DNA of 64,000 nt from Gammaproteobacteria bacterium (GTDB lineage: Bacteria; Pseudomonadota; Gammaproteobacteria; Steroidobacterales; UBA11654). The stretch covers positions 8,096-72,095 of the forward strand of contig NZHP01000034.1 in the NCBI GenBank assembly GCA_002691465.1, in the 5' to 3' direction. The translations under genes and the position numbers were made by a program. This document shows positions 12,309 to 22,739 of this stretch, piece by piece. The notes below the pieces were generated by a model. The model made no database searches and was not told where the DNA came from. It saw only the letters and a list, made by a program, of their open reading frames with translations. Numbering within the stretch: position 1 is the first letter of the stretch; every line of letters starts with the position of its first letter.

Positions 12309-12914
12309 TTGGGTCTCATGGACTATGAAACAATAGCTTTGAGAATGAAATCCTTCAACGAAGAACGCGGAGAAGAAACAGATGATGAAATCTGGTTTCT
12401 TCAGCATAACTCTGTTTATACATATGGAGTCAGTACCGATCAAAAAAGCATCCCTGTTCATTTGCGCTACCCAGTACTGGGTTCAGATCGTGGGGGAGAA
12501 ATAACTTATCATGGTCCTGGACAATTGGTCGTCTACATCTTGATAGATTTTCGTAGAGCCTCAATTAAACCAAAAGAATTCATCAGAAAATTTCAATCTT
12601 GCATCTTCAAAACAGTCTCATATTACTGTAAAGAATTTATCTTAGATGAGAAAGAAGTAGGGATTTTCTTCAAGGATAAAAAGGTGGCAAGTTTTGGGTT
12701 AAAAATGACAAAAAGAGGAAGCTATCATGGAGCCGCAATCAATCATAATATGAATTTGGATGCATGGAATGAAATTATAATTTGTGGAAATCCAAATCAC
12801 CAAGCAATTGATCTTCGCACAATGGGTATAAATATTGACATGGATGAATTAATCGGTGAAGTGAAAAAAAATATTTTGCTTGAGTTCGAGAAACAGATTC
12901 TCAAAGCCTCTTGA
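12309..12914 (+). CDS. lipB: Octanoyltransferase (lipoyl(octanoyl) transferase)
   Basis: RGGEITYHGPGQLVVY motif. Homology appears to continue upstream of TTG 12309 (..KIILKDLGL), where only non-ATG/GTG/TTG codons are available, so the start is uncertain. Confidence 0.85.
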   Translation: MGLMDYETIALRMKSFNEERGEETDDEIWFLQHNSVYTYGVSTDQKSIPVHLRYPVLGSDRGGEITYHGPGQLVVYILIDFRRASIKPKEFIRKFQSCIFKTVSYYCKEFILDEKEVGIFFKDKKVASFGLKMTKRGSYHGAAINHNMNLDAWNEIIICGNPNHQAIDLRTMGINIDMDELIGEVKKNILLEFEKQILKAS

Positions 12915-14088
12915 ATGCCGAATCTAAATCAGAAATGAGGTCCTCTGGATCCTCAAGACCTATGTGGATCCTAATCACTGTGTTTCCTAATTTTTCCAAC
13001 GAGGATTTTCTGTCTTTCTGAATTCTGACCGGTGTTGCGAGTGACTCAAAACCTCCCCAACTGTATCCCATGGAAAAAATCTCCATGTGATCAAAAAATT
13101 TCTCCAGATCCAGATCTTCGTATTTTTTATTCAAGACAATTGACATCAGACTTCCGCCTCCTGTGAAATATTTATCCCAATTTTCAAAATATTCGGAACT
13201 TGGTAGTGGAGGAAATAGAACAGTTTCAACCATTGAATGTGAGTCGAGCCAAGAAGCAATTTTCATGGCACTTTCAAACTGTGCCTCCATTCTTATAGCC
13301 ATTGTTCTTAGGCCTCTTAATCCTAAGTAGCAGGCATCTGGTTCGGCACTGATTCCTTGGCTTCTTGCCGAATTCTTAATTCTTAAAAAATTTTTCTCAT
13401 TGCATGCAACGATACCCAACATTGCATCCGAGTGCCCGACAACATATTTTGTAGCGGCCTGTATTTCCACATCGATATCATGATCAAAAGTTCTAAAATA
13501 GAGTGGTCCTGCCCAAGTATTATCGAACAATATTGCTATTTCTTGTCCAATCTCATTTGATTTATTTCTGATTGCATTGACAACAGTCTTTATATCTAAT
13601 ACCTCAAATGTATTCGAGCTTGGCGCCTCAAGATAAACGACTTTTGTATTAGGCTTGATTAAATCGGCTATTTCTTTCCCAATCATCGGAGATATAAAAT
13701 CAAATTCAACACCAAACTTTGATAAATGCCCCGAGAAAAACTCTGCGGTCGGTTCATATGCACCCTCTGTAACCAGAGCGTGACTTCCACTATCCATAAA
13801 TGCACTAATAGCGACATTGATTGCAGACATTCCTGAGTTGGTTGCTACAGAGCGGTAGGCTCCAGAAAGCTCACTGTATGCCTCTTCAAGCGCAAGACTA
13901 TTGGGAGAACCCAAGCGACCATATCGGTAGGTTGAGTATTCGTGATCCCAATCTTTGTACTCCTTTAATGTATCAAACAATACTGTTGATGATCGATATG
14001 GAGGTATATTTACTGCTCCTTTTGCATATTCACCCGATCTGCCTGACTGAGCTAAGATTGTTTTTGATTTCCTTTTCTTTTTATTCAT
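12901..14088 (-). CDS. metC: Cystathionine beta-lyase (Cys/Met-metabolism PLP enzyme)
   Basis: 395 aa with the PLP-lysine context ATKYVVGHSDAMLG, as in MetC. The 3' end overlaps the lipB 3' end by 14 nt (convergent). Confidence 0.82.
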   Translation of the reverse strand: MNKKKRKSKTILAQSGRSGEYAKGAVNIPPYRSSTVLFDTLKEYKDWDHEYSTYRYGRLGSPNSLALEEAYSELSGAYRSVATNSGMSAINVAISAFMDSGSHALVTEGAYEPTAEFFSGHLSKFGVEFDFISPMIGKEIADLIKPNTKVVYLEAPSSNTFEVLDIKTVVNAIRNKSNEIGQEIAILFDNTWAGPLYFRTFDHDIDVEIQAATKYVVGHSDAMLGIVACNEKNFLRIKNSARSQGISAEPDACYLGLRGLRTMAIRMEAQFESAMKIASWLDSHSMVETVLFPPLPSSEYFENWDKYFTGGGSLMSIVLNKKYEDLDLEKFFDHMEIFSMGYSWGGFESLATPVRIQKDRKSSLEKLGNTVIRIHIGLEDPEDLISDLDSAFKRL

Positions 14089-14773
14089 TTCTTTTTTCTG
14101 CTAATTTTTTTTCAGCCTCAACTAATCTCCTCATGGTTCCTACGTCTAACCAATCGCCTTCAAACAGTTCACCTGTGATGACTCTTTTCTTAATATGCTC
14201 ATGTAACAATTCTGCAAGTGAAAAATACCTCTGAGATGACTGTGTGAAACAGCGTTTTGAAAAGTAACTGATTCCACTAAAAGTATATCTTTCATCGGTG
14301 GAAATGGTAACTCTATCTCCCTCAAGGCAGAAATCGCCAGAAGAATTGTGACGTGGATTCGGTACCAAAACAATATGACCTAGTGTCTCTGGATTCAATT
14401 GAATCTTGTTAAAAGAAAAGCCCGTCATGATGTCGGCATTGACGACCCAAAAATGATCTTCATTTATTAGTCCTTCATCAATAATATTGAAAATTGCACC
14501 AGCAGTCCCCAATGGTTCCTTGCCTTCATTGATGTACTCAATGTTCATCCTTGATTGCTCATAATGATCCCTAAGGAATGATTCAATCTGATCTCCCATC
14601 CTGGATCCATTGACAATAATCTTTTTAACTCCAGATTCAATAAGGCGATTGATGTTTCTCTCAAGCAGATTTTGCCCTGAAACTGCTATCAAAGGTTTAG
14701 GAGTCAACGCAGTCAATGGTCTTAACCTCTCTCCCTTTCCTGCGGCAAGAACAATAGCGGTCATTTCAATCAT
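14081..14773 (-). CDS. murU: Sugar-1-phosphate nucleotidyltransferase, MurU-like (MurNAc-1-P uridylyltransferase)
   Basis: LAAGKGERLRPLT nucleotidyltransferase loop. Lies downstream of and overlapping the amgK-like kinase gene, divergent from lptD as in Pseudomonas. The start may be ATG 14764. Confidence 0.7.
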   Translation of the reverse strand: MIEMTAIVLAAGKGERLRPLTALTPKPLIAVSGQNLLERNINRLIESGVKKIIVNGSRMGDQIESFLRDHYEQSRMNIEYINEGKEPLGTAGAIFNIIDEGLINEDHFWVVNADIMTGFSFNKIQLNPETLGHIVLVPNPRHNSSGDFCLEGDRVTISTDERYTFSGISYFSKRCFTQSSQRYFSLAELLHEHIKKRVITGELFEGDWLDVGTMRRLVEAEKKLAEKRNE

Positions 14774-15741
14774 TGGAGATTTAATTGAATTAATAAGTCT
14801 TCAATCATTTCATACTGCTTGCTCAAATGTTTCAAGTAACTCATTGTGAGGGGAATATCATTCATATAGTTTTCTTTATTATCGCGATGTTTCAACCTAG
14901 AAAAGATTCCGATTGCTTTCAAATGCCTTTGAGCACCCATTAAATCAAAATCAATCATGAATTCATTTAGCGGTTTATTTGTCATATGATTTTTGACCAA
15001 ATGATCATAATACATCCTTAACATGTCATGCATCAGGGATGGATCAATTTTTACATAGCAATCTCTGAGTAGTGAAACTATGTCATAGGTGATTGGTCCA
15101 CATACAGCATCTTGATAATCAACCAATCCCATTTTTTCCTGATCTGAGATCATAATATTGCGAGAATGATAATCCCGATGAACCAAAGCTCGATCTTGAT
15201 GGTTTGCTCTTTCAGTCAAACGGTCAAAAAGAGGATTAAAATCTATTTTCCCAAGCTGTCTTACACTCAAACCAAGCTCATGAAAACAAAACCATTCTTT
15301 GAAAAGCTCCATCTCAGAATGCAGCAAGTGATCATCGTAATCGGGAAGTTGATCCATAAGACCGTTGCCATTGGCCTGCATAAAAACCAAAAGCTCTATT
15401 GCCATAGAGTAAAAACTTTCAATTTTGCTCTCATTCCTATAATCAAATAAAGTTTTTTGGCCAAGGTCAGTGATTAAGAAATACCTACCAGTGTCATCCT
15501 GTTCATAAATGCTTGGAATCGGCATTGATATTTGATTGAGAAGATTCGATACCCCGATAAATTTCTCATTATCCTCTAAACTGGGGTCCGAATCCATGAC
15601 GATGAATGGTCCCTTCTCATCATCAATAGCTCTGAAGTAGTTTCTAAAACTAGCATCAGAGCTAACTTGTTTGATTTCAGTGAAGGAATAGCCGTCCAAT
15701 GAGGACAACCATGTTCTAATTTCTTCGCTAAAATCGCTCAT
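14770..15741 (-). CDS. amgK: Aminoglycoside-phosphotransferase-fold kinase, AmgK-like (anomeric MurNAc/GlcNAc kinase)
   Basis: HRDYHSRNIM catalytic loop and DYQDA metal-binding motif. Paired with the murU-like gene. Confidence 0.7.
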   Translation of the reverse strand: MSDFSEEIRTWLSSLDGYSFTEIKQVSSDASFRNYFRAIDDEKGPFIVMDSDPSLEDNEKFIGVSNLLNQISMPIPSIYEQDDTGRYFLITDLGQKTLFDYRNESKIESFYSMAIELLVFMQANGNGLMDQLPDYDDHLLHSEMELFKEWFCFHELGLSVRQLGKIDFNPLFDRLTERANHQDRALVHRDYHSRNIMISDQEKMGLVDYQDAVCGPITYDIVSLLRDCYVKIDPSLMHDMLRMYYDHLVKNHMTNKPLNEFMIDFDLMGAQRHLKAIGIFSRLKHRDNKENYMNDIPLTMSYLKHLSKQYEMIEDLLIQLNLQ

Positions 15742-15851
15742 TTAAAAAATCATTTTTCAATTCATTATAAACCAGTTGAATAAGGAGAAAGATCAGTAAA
15801 TTCAACATAGATCATATAATATTGTTTGAAATGGATTGGATCGATTCTTGT

Positions 15852-17987
15852 ATGAAAAAATGGAAAACTTATATCTTCATGATATTTGTTGTCATATGGT
15901 CTGGCGCTTCCGAAGTTATTTACTCAGAAAATATTTGTATAGCAAATGGATCAGATGATTTCGGGCTACTGAGTGTCCTTGATAAGTCAAAAATAAACAA
16001 TGAAATACGAATCAAATCAGGCGTTAACACCATTACTGCAGGTCAAGCAATTTATGATGAAGGCGGTGGATCAATCAATATAAGCGGTGGCATTACCCTT
16101 GAAAATCCAGATCTACTAATAGAGGGGCAACAAGCACTGATTAATACAGATAGTGAAACTGCCGTTATAGAAAATGCAAACTATTTTTTTTCAAATATTC
16201 CTGCAAGAGGCAGCAGTCAGGAGTTTCGAGTCGAGAAAGGCAATCATTATATCTTGATTAAACCCACTTATACGACCTGCAATCAACTGGATCAGTCTTG
16301 GGAATTGGTTGCTGATGAGATTTTAATCAATGATGAGGAAGGGAAAGCAAAAAATATTGCTCTTCGGTTCAAGAATATTCCAGTGCTTTACCTCCCAAGA
16401 CTTACATTCCCAACCAATGACGAAAGAAAGTCAGGATTCTTGGTGCCGAGTTTTGGCTCTTCTTCAAAAAGAGGGGTTGAGATTGAAATCCCATATTATT
16501 GGAGTATTGCACCCAATGCCGACCTCAAGACAACCCTTAACTACATGAAGAAAAGAGGGGCTGAAATGAAGTCCGAACTCCGATTTCTCACTCCGAATCA
16601 AGTTGCGCTAGTGGAATTGAATCATTTGGCCTCTGATGATCTTTTTAATGATGACCGAACTTATTCAAGAATAAATTATCAACTGAATCCCTCTGCTAAC
16701 ACACAAATTGAAATAACTGGAGAGTACGCCTCCGATACAAATTATTTTGAAGACTTAAGTCAAAGCACAAATGAAAGCAGTAGAACTCATCTTACTAGAG
16801 ATATTGTATTCAAGTCTTTTGACAAAAACTGGATCTTGAATGTGGGCATGACAAATTATCAGATGCTGGATGATCAACCAAAATGTCTTGCTATCGGAGT
16901 TTGTGAACAAAATGATCCGTATCGACTCAAACCATATGTGAATTTTAATGGAAACTGGCAAAGCAAAGAATCCGACATCAATTTCAATATAGATAGCGAA
17001 ATTATTTTTTTCGATCACTTGCAAAGTGAAAGTGGAAGAAGACTGAAGAATCGAACTACCCTATCTAAGATTTTTAATCATAGTGGAATTGAGGTGAAAC
17101 CCTCATTGGGGCTTGACTATGCAAAATTTGAGTCTGATTCCAATAAAGACGATACCAAAAGAACAATACCCATCTATAGTCTGGATATAAAAGCAAATCT
17201 TATAAGAATTTCAGATGATGGTGATATTCGTCACTCTCTTCAACCTCGAGTAATGGCTGTACACATAAAGTATGAAGATCAGAGTGACTTTCCCTTTATC
17301 GATACAATTATTCCGGACTTTAATTATTTTCAGCTCTTTAATCAAAATCGATTCATTGGCAATGATCGACTGGGCGACACATCTAAAATTAGCTATGGCT
17401 TGGTCGCAAAAAGGACTCAGATTAGGTCTGGAAAAGATTTTTTTGAATTTAAATTTGGCCAAACACTGCATTTAAAGGATGAAAAAATTGGTATCCCGGG
17501 GTATGAAAAAAGAAAATCTGGTTCATTGACCAACCTCGCCTCTATCGACATTGCAATGACAAAATCATTGAATTTAAAATTGGATCACTACTGGGATTCA
17601 GATGTCGATGAGATAAAAAGAAGTCAAATTGGCATCGAATATAAAGACAGTGATGCAAAGCGTTTGAATTTAGCTTATCGATTCAGAGAAAATAATATCA
17701 AGCAACTGCACGGCTCATTCTTATGGCCTATTCAAGATAAATGGAGCTTTATCGGTCATTATAGGTATTCAATAAAAGATAGAAAAACCATCGATCAGTT
17801 TTTTGGAATAAATTATGAATCGTGTTGCTGGAGTATTTCTGCTGTTTCAAGAAAGCATCTTATTTATCGAAATGGTGAAACAGACTCTTCGTTCTCAATA
17901 CAATTCATGCTCAAAGGACTTGGAGAATTCGGAACACCAATAAATCGAATCTTTGAAGATGGCATTTTTGCATACGATCGATCATAA
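15852..17987 (+). CDS. lptD: LPS-assembly outer-membrane protein LptD
   Basis: Signal peptide, an N-terminal OstA-like domain and a large beta-barrel, with the C-terminal adjacent Cys pair (YESCCWS). Upstream of surA-pdxA-rsmA. ATG 15852 is preferred to TTG 15822. Confidence 0.85.
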   Translation: MKKWKTYIFMIFVVIWSGASEVIYSENICIANGSDDFGLLSVLDKSKINNEIRIKSGVNTITAGQAIYDEGGGSINISGGITLENPDLLIEGQQALINTDSETAVIENANYFFSNIPARGSSQEFRVEKGNHYILIKPTYTTCNQLDQSWELVADEILINDEEGKAKNIALRFKNIPVLYLPRLTFPTNDERKSGFLVPSFGSSSKRGVEIEIPYYWSIAPNADLKTTLNYMKKRGAEMKSELRFLTPNQVALVELNHLASDDLFNDDRTYSRINYQLNPSANTQIEITGEYASDTNYFEDLSQSTNESSRTHLTRDIVFKSFDKNWILNVGMTNYQMLDDQPKCLAIGVCEQNDPYRLKPYVNFNGNWQSKESDINFNIDSEIIFFDHLQSESGRRLKNRTTLSKIFNHSGIEVKPSLGLDYAKFESDSNKDDTKRTIPIYSLDIKANLIRISDDGDIRHSLQPRVMAVHIKYEDQSDFPFIDTIIPDFNYFQLFNQNRFIGNDRLGDTSKISYGLVAKRTQIRSGKDFFEFKFGQTLHLKDEKIGIPGYEKRKSGSLTNLASIDIAMTKSLNLKLDHYWDSDVDEIKRSQIGIEYKDSDAKRLNLAYRFRENNIKQLHGSFLWPIQDKWSFIGHYRYSIKDRKTIDQFFGINYESCCWSISAVSRKHLIYRNGETDSSFSIQFMLKGLGEFGTPINRIFEDGIFAYDRS

Positions 17988-18000
17988 TTTGTCTTCAGAA

Positions 18001-19308
18001 ATGATTAGATATTTAAAATTAATAATCCTCATACTCATCCTTCAGCCAAATCAGGGTGTAACACAGACGCGTGAGCTTGGAGGCACTGGCCAGCTTGTTG
18101 ATGGCATTGCTGCAATAGTAAATGATGGTGTTGTACTCAGAAGTGAAGTCGAAGATCAGGTAACGATGCTGCTTAGAAATTTTGAAAGACAAGGTGCGCA
18201 ACTTCCCCCTATTGTCCAGTTGAGAGAGGATGTTCTAGAGAGGCTCATCTTGCAAAGGATTCAGTTGCAAAGAGCAGAGAGGTATGGAATCAGCATATCT
18301 GATGAAGGCTTAAATTCTGCCATCAATAATGTTGCTTTAAATAACAATGTTACTTTTGAGCAATTCCCTGAAATATTGGCAGCAGAAGGCATAGATTACT
18401 TCAAGTATAGAAATGAATTAAAACAGCAAATCACTTTGGATGAACTTAGACAACGGGAAGTTTCTTCAAGAATTTCTGTTTCTGAAAGCGAACTGGATAG
18501 CTATTTAATTTTGCAAAGAGAAGAGGATCAGAAATCCTATGATTATGACCTCTCACATATTTTACTCCCTATCACAAGTCGCTCTGGAGAAGGTGAGATC
18601 AAACGCAAGCAAGAGATGATAATGGATCTTAGATTGAAAATTGAAGATGGGGAAGAATTTGAATCCATTGCAAGAAATTTTTCTGAAGGACAGCAAGCTA
18701 CTAATGGTGGAAGATTGGGTTGGATGAAAGGCAATGAATTGCCTGATATTTTCCTCGCAGCAATTAGAGACAGTGAAATTGGTGAACTATCAGAACCATT
18801 TCAAAGCTCTAGTGGCTTTCATCTCCTTAAGCTTAATGGCGTCAGGGGCAATGATCCGGTAATCGAAGAACAGATCAATGTCAGACATATACTTATCAAA
18901 ACAAATGAGATTCTTGATGATGCCGCCGCTGAGGAGAAATTAAAGACTATACGAACACAAATAATTGATGAGGGTGACTTTGGTGCTGTTGCCTCTGCCG
19001 TTTCTGAAGATCCAGGTTCCGCTCAAGATGGTGGAGAAATGGGCTGGGCACCAAAAGGTTTCTTTGTTCCAGAGTTTGAAGAAATTGCCTATTCGCTGGA
19101 CATGAATCAAATCAGTTCACCTTTCAAATCAAGATATGGTTGGCACATCATTCAATACATGGGACAAAGATCACATGACATCACCGATGAAGTTCAAAGA
19201 AGAAAGGCTGTCTCAGCCATAAGAAACTTGAAGCTTTCTGATGAAATAGAAATATGGGCTAGGGAACTCAGGGATGAAGCTTATGTAGAAAAGCTTCCAT
19301 TTGACTGA
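18001..19308 (+). CDS. surA: Periplasmic chaperone/peptidyl-prolyl isomerase SurA
   Basis: Signal peptide, a SurA N-domain and two parvulin domains (GGRLGWMKGNELP.., GGEMGWAPKG..GWHIIQ). ATG 18001 lies just after the lptD stop, and the track ORF starts at 17953. Confidence 0.9.
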   Translation: MIRYLKLIILILILQPNQGVTQTRELGGTGQLVDGIAAIVNDGVVLRSEVEDQVTMLLRNFERQGAQLPPIVQLREDVLERLILQRIQLQRAERYGISISDEGLNSAINNVALNNNVTFEQFPEILAAEGIDYFKYRNELKQQITLDELRQREVSSRISVSESELDSYLILQREEDQKSYDYDLSHILLPITSRSGEGEIKRKQEMIMDLRLKIEDGEEFESIARNFSEGQQATNGGRLGWMKGNELPDIFLAAIRDSEIGELSEPFQSSSGFHLLKLNGVRGNDPVIEEQINVRHILIKTNEILDDAAAEEKLKTIRTQIIDEGDFGAVASAVSEDPGSAQDGGEMGWAPKGFFVPEFEEIAYSLDMNQISSPFKSRYGWHIIQYMGQRSHDITDEVQRRKAVSAIRNLKLSDEIEIWARELRDEAYVEKLPFD

Positions 19309-19326
19309 GCTTGTAATTGCAAAACA

Positions 19327-20322
19327 ATGCCAGAGCTATACGCTGTAACATCAGGTGATCCAGCCGGTATCGGTCCAGATATCTCTCTCAAGATTGCCCT
19401 GAGAGAGGACAACCATCAATTTGTGGTATTTGGCAATATTGATCTTCTCAGAGAAAGAGCTGAGATGCATGCAATGGATATAAAATTTATTGAATTTGAT
19501 GAGTCAGCCTCAGATTCACAAATACAAAAGAATACGCTATTGGTTAAAGACTTCAATTTGAACCATCCTGTTCAACCTGGAGTGATGGATTCGAAAAATG
19601 GTTCTTATACCCTCTCTATCATCGATAATGCTGTTCAGGGTTGTATGGATGGTCAGTTTACTGGATGTATTACTGGACCTGTGAATAAAGAATCAATTGC
19701 AAAAAGTGGTTACAAATTCTCTGGTCACACCGAATACATCGGTAAACTCTGCAACCAAACTCCTGTGATGACATTTATTTCAGATCAAATGAAAATTGCA
19801 TTGCTGACAACACACTTGCCAATCAAAGCAGTTCCCAAGCATATTACAATCCAAGGAATCATGGACGTTGTTAATATCATCCATGCAGATCTTGTGAATT
19901 ATTTTGGCATCAAAAATCCAAATATTGGTATAACAGGACTCAATCCGCATGCTGGTGAAAATGGACATATTGGTAAAGAAGAAGAAGAAATATTTTTGCC
20001 TGCACTGAAATCATTGAATGATTCAGGAATTCATATCGATGGGCCATATGCAGCAGATACAATTCTCTTAAATAATAACGACCATGATCTTATAATTAGT
20101 ATTTTTCATGATCAACTTTTGCCATTGTTTAAGCATGCAAATCCTCACCTCTCAACAAACGTTACCATGGGACTAAAAATTATAAGGACGTCTGTAGATC
20201 ATGGTGTTGCATTTGATAAAGTTGGGACGCCAGATATCAATCATCAAAGCCTCTATCATGCCTTAGATACAGCAAAATCAATGGCTAATTCATATGAAAA
20301 AACCAAGTCAGCTCAGAGCTAA
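19327..20322 (+). CDS. pdxA: 4-hydroxythreonine-4-phosphate dehydrogenase
   Basis: 331 aa with SGDPAGIGPDI, GHTEY and HAGENGH motifs. Confidence 0.92.
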   Translation: MPELYAVTSGDPAGIGPDISLKIALREDNHQFVVFGNIDLLRERAEMHAMDIKFIEFDESASDSQIQKNTLLVKDFNLNHPVQPGVMDSKNGSYTLSIIDNAVQGCMDGQFTGCITGPVNKESIAKSGYKFSGHTEYIGKLCNQTPVMTFISDQMKIALLTTHLPIKAVPKHITIQGIMDVVNIIHADLVNYFGIKNPNIGITGLNPHAGENGHIGKEEEEIFLPALKSLNDSGIHIDGPYAADTILLNNNDHDLIISIFHDQLLPLFKHANPHLSTNVTMGLKIIRTSVDHGVAFDKVGTPDINHQSLYHALDTAKSMANSYEKTKSAQS

Positions 20323-21079
20323 AAAACATTTAAGCCAAAATTTCTTAACTGATAAAAATATCATCAATAAGATCATTCGATCCTTTAATCTAGAAAAAAA
20401 TGATCATGTAATAGAGATCGGTCCCGGATATGGGTCCATGACATTTCCGATACTAGAAATAGTTGACTCAGTTGACGTGATAGAAGTGGATAAAAATTTG
20501 GTCGAGTATTTAAATCAGCATAATCAAGATGGATTGGTGAATGTCATTCAAGCAGATGCTCTGGAATTTGATTTTACAACACTGAAAAAAAAGCGAAAGA
20601 TTCGACTGATCGGGAACTTGCCCTATCATATTTCCACGCCTTTGCTTTTTCACTTGCTTGGCTTTTCCGAATTATTTCAAGACTTTCATGTCATGGTGCA
20701 AAAGGAAGTTGCAGATAGAATGGTAAGCATTCATAACAATAAAACTTATGGAAGATTATCAGTCGCAATTCAATCCAGATGCGATGCCTACAAGATTTTA
20801 GATATAAAGCCTGGTGCATTTCATCCAAAACCCCAGGTGCTTTCTTCAATCGTAAAGCTTGTTCCAAAAGCTTCGCTCGGAGCTGAGTTACACTTTAAAT
20901 TAGATCGCATAATAAAAATGGCTTTCAATCAAAGAAGAAAGAAAATTCGTAATTCGTTAAATGAACTCTTTGAAACCGAGGTGATTATGAACTGCGGAAT
21001 TGACCCAAATGCCAGGGCTGAAAACCTCAGCGTGGATGATTACATTAAATTATCAGAGATCAAGAGACAGGAAGAGTGA
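20294..21079 (+). CDS. rsmA: 16S rRNA (adenine1518/1519-N6)-dimethyltransferase
   Basis: LSQNFL, EIGPGYG and NLPY motifs. Overlaps the pdxA end by 29 nt. Confidence 0.92.
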   Translation: MKKPSQLRAKKHLSQNFLTDKNIINKIIRSFNLEKNDHVIEIGPGYGSMTFPILEIVDSVDVIEVDKNLVEYLNQHNQDGLVNVIQADALEFDFTTLKKKRKIRLIGNLPYHISTPLLFHLLGFSELFQDFHVMVQKEVADRMVSIHNNKTYGRLSVAIQSRCDAYKILDIKPGAFHPKPQVLSSIVKLVPKASLGAELHFKLDRIIKMAFNQRRKKIRNSLNELFETEVIMNCGIDPNARAENLSVDDYIKLSEIKRQEE

Positions 21080-21891
21080 GAAAAATAGTTATTGGGGATG
21101 TTCAGGGATGCTTAGACGAGCTCAGGGGATTGCTTGATCTAGTTGACTTTCAGTCATCATCAGATCGACTAATCTTTTTGGGAGATCTTGTGAACAGAGG
21201 CCCTAAATCATTGGAGGTTCTCGAATTTCTATACTCAATGGATGATTGTGTTTTAAATACCCTTGGCAACCATGATTTACACCTACTAGCCCTCACAATT
21301 GGCAATCGACCTTATCGTGAAAAAGATCAGTCAATGAAACCTATATTGGACTCAAAAAATAAAATCAATCTCATCGAGTGGCTCAGGCATCAACCAATTA
21401 TGCATGAGGAGCCTGCTTCAGCTGCGATCATGGTTCATGCAGGTATTCATCCTTCATGGGATATAATGCAAGCTAGATCAATGGCAAGAGAAATCGAGTC
21501 TGTCCTTCAAAGCAATAATGCGCCATCAATTTTAACAGAAATGTATTCGGATCAATCTTGGTCCCCTGATTTGGATGGATCAGCTAAAATAAACTCAATC
21601 ATTAACTGCTTCACAAGGATGCGGTTTATAGATAAAAATGGCGTATGTAATTTCACTGAGAAGAATGCGCCCAAAGAAGTGGGTGATTCACTCATACCCT
21701 GGTTCATGAGCGAAGAAATGAAAATTAAAGATAAGAGTATCTTTTTTGGGCACTGGTCAACTTTGGGGGACTTTTGCTATAAAAATATTTCTTGTTTAGA
21801 TGCTGGCTGTGTTTGGGGCGGTGAAATGATTGCAATCGATCTTGATGATCCTCAGAAAAAAATTAAATACAAAAGCTTTATATCGAGATAG
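21076..21891 (+). CDS. apaH: Bis(5'-nucleosyl)-tetraphosphatase (symmetrical)
   Basis: [14 protein letters not shown] and GNHD metallophosphatase motifs. GTG start overlapping the rsmA stop. No apaG lies between rsmA and apaH. Confidence 0.9.
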   Translation: MRKIVIGDVQGCLDELRGLLDLVDFQSSSDRLIFLGDLVNRGPKSLEVLEFLYSMDDCVLNTLGNHDLHLLALTIGNRPYREKDQSMKPILDSKNKINLIEWLRHQPIMHEEPASAAIMVHAGIHPSWDIMQARSMAREIESVLQSNNAPSILTEMYSDQSWSPDLDGSAKINSIINCFTRMRFIDKNGVCNFTEKNAPKEVGDSLIPWFMSEEMKIKDKSIFFGHWSTLGDFCYKNISCLDAGCVWGGEMIAIDLDDPQKKIKYKSFISR

Positions 21892-22714
21892 GCGCTGATA
21901 TGTGCGGATGAGACTCGTAATTGATGAGTTCAAAATCTTCATACTCATAATCAAAAATTGATGCAGGTTTTCGATTGATCTTTAGTTTAGGCAGAGGATA
22001 GGGTTCTCTTTTCAACTGTTGATTGGCCTGGTCCAAATGATTAAGGTAAAGATGAACATCACCTCCCGTCCAAATGAAGTCCCCAACAGCTAAATCGCAT
22101 TGTTGAGCAATCATATGCGTCAACAAACTATATGATGCGATATTGAATCCTAATCCTAAGAATGTGTCACAACTTCTCTGATAGAGTTGGCATGAAAGCT
22201 TCCCTTGAGAAACAAAAAATTGAAACAATGCGTGGCATGGTGCCAATGACATTTTTCCCAGTTTGACATTTTCTTGAGGGGAAATACTCTCATCGGGTAA
22301 ATCGGCAACATTCCATGCGTTGACAATAATTCTTCTTGAAGAAGGATTGCTTTGAATTTGCTCGATGACTTGTTCAATCTGATCAATATGCTGTCCATTA
22401 TTTTGATCGACCCAATTTCTCCATTGAAAACCATAAATTGGACCCAAGTCTCCCTTTTCGGTTTCCCACTCATCCCAGATATGAACGCCATTCTCTTTGA
22501 GCAAAGTATTGTCAGTAGAACCATCTAGAAACCATAAAAGTTCGTAGATAACTCCTTTAAAGAAAATCTTCTTTGTTGTCAAAATTGGGAAACCTTGACT
22601 TAGATCAAAGCGCATTTGGTGGCCAAAGAAACTTTTGGTGCCTGTGCCAGTTCGATCATCCTTGACCTCTCCCTCATCAAGAATCTTCTGTAATAAGTCT
22701 AGATACTGCTTCAA
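21878..22714 (-). CDS. thyA: Thymidylate synthase (ThyA type)
   Basis: [25 protein letters not shown] active-site Cys context. The 3' end overlaps apaH by 14 nt. Confidence 0.95.
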   Translation of the reverse strand: MKQYLDLLQKILDEGEVKDDRTGTGTKSFFGHQMRFDLSQGFPILTTKKIFFKGVIYELLWFLDGSTDNTLLKENGVHIWDEWETEKGDLGPIYGFQWRNWVDQNNGQHIDQIEQVIEQIQSNPSSRRIIVNAWNVADLPDESISPQENVKLGKMSLAPCHALFQFFVSQGKLSCQLYQRSCDTFLGLGFNIASYSLLTHMIAQQCDLAVGDFIWTGGDVHLYLNHLDQANQQLKREPYPLPKLKINRKPASIFDYEYEDFELINYESHPHISAPISI

Positions 22715-22739
22715 ATCTTTTCCTTATCTTTTATCTGCC

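Noticed and set aside
15815-15820. Perfect TATAAT hexamer 31 nt upstream of the lptD ATG
   Set aside because: No acceptable -35 hexamer sits at 16-18 nt, and the hexamer is common by chance in this composition, so no promoter is called.
21076-21079. Absence of apaG between rsmA and apaH (and of ybeD between dacA and lipB) as evidence of pseudogenisation or deletion scars
   Set aside because: The junctions are clean overlaps or short gaps with no remnant ORF fragments. This is more simply explained by lineage-specific gene order.
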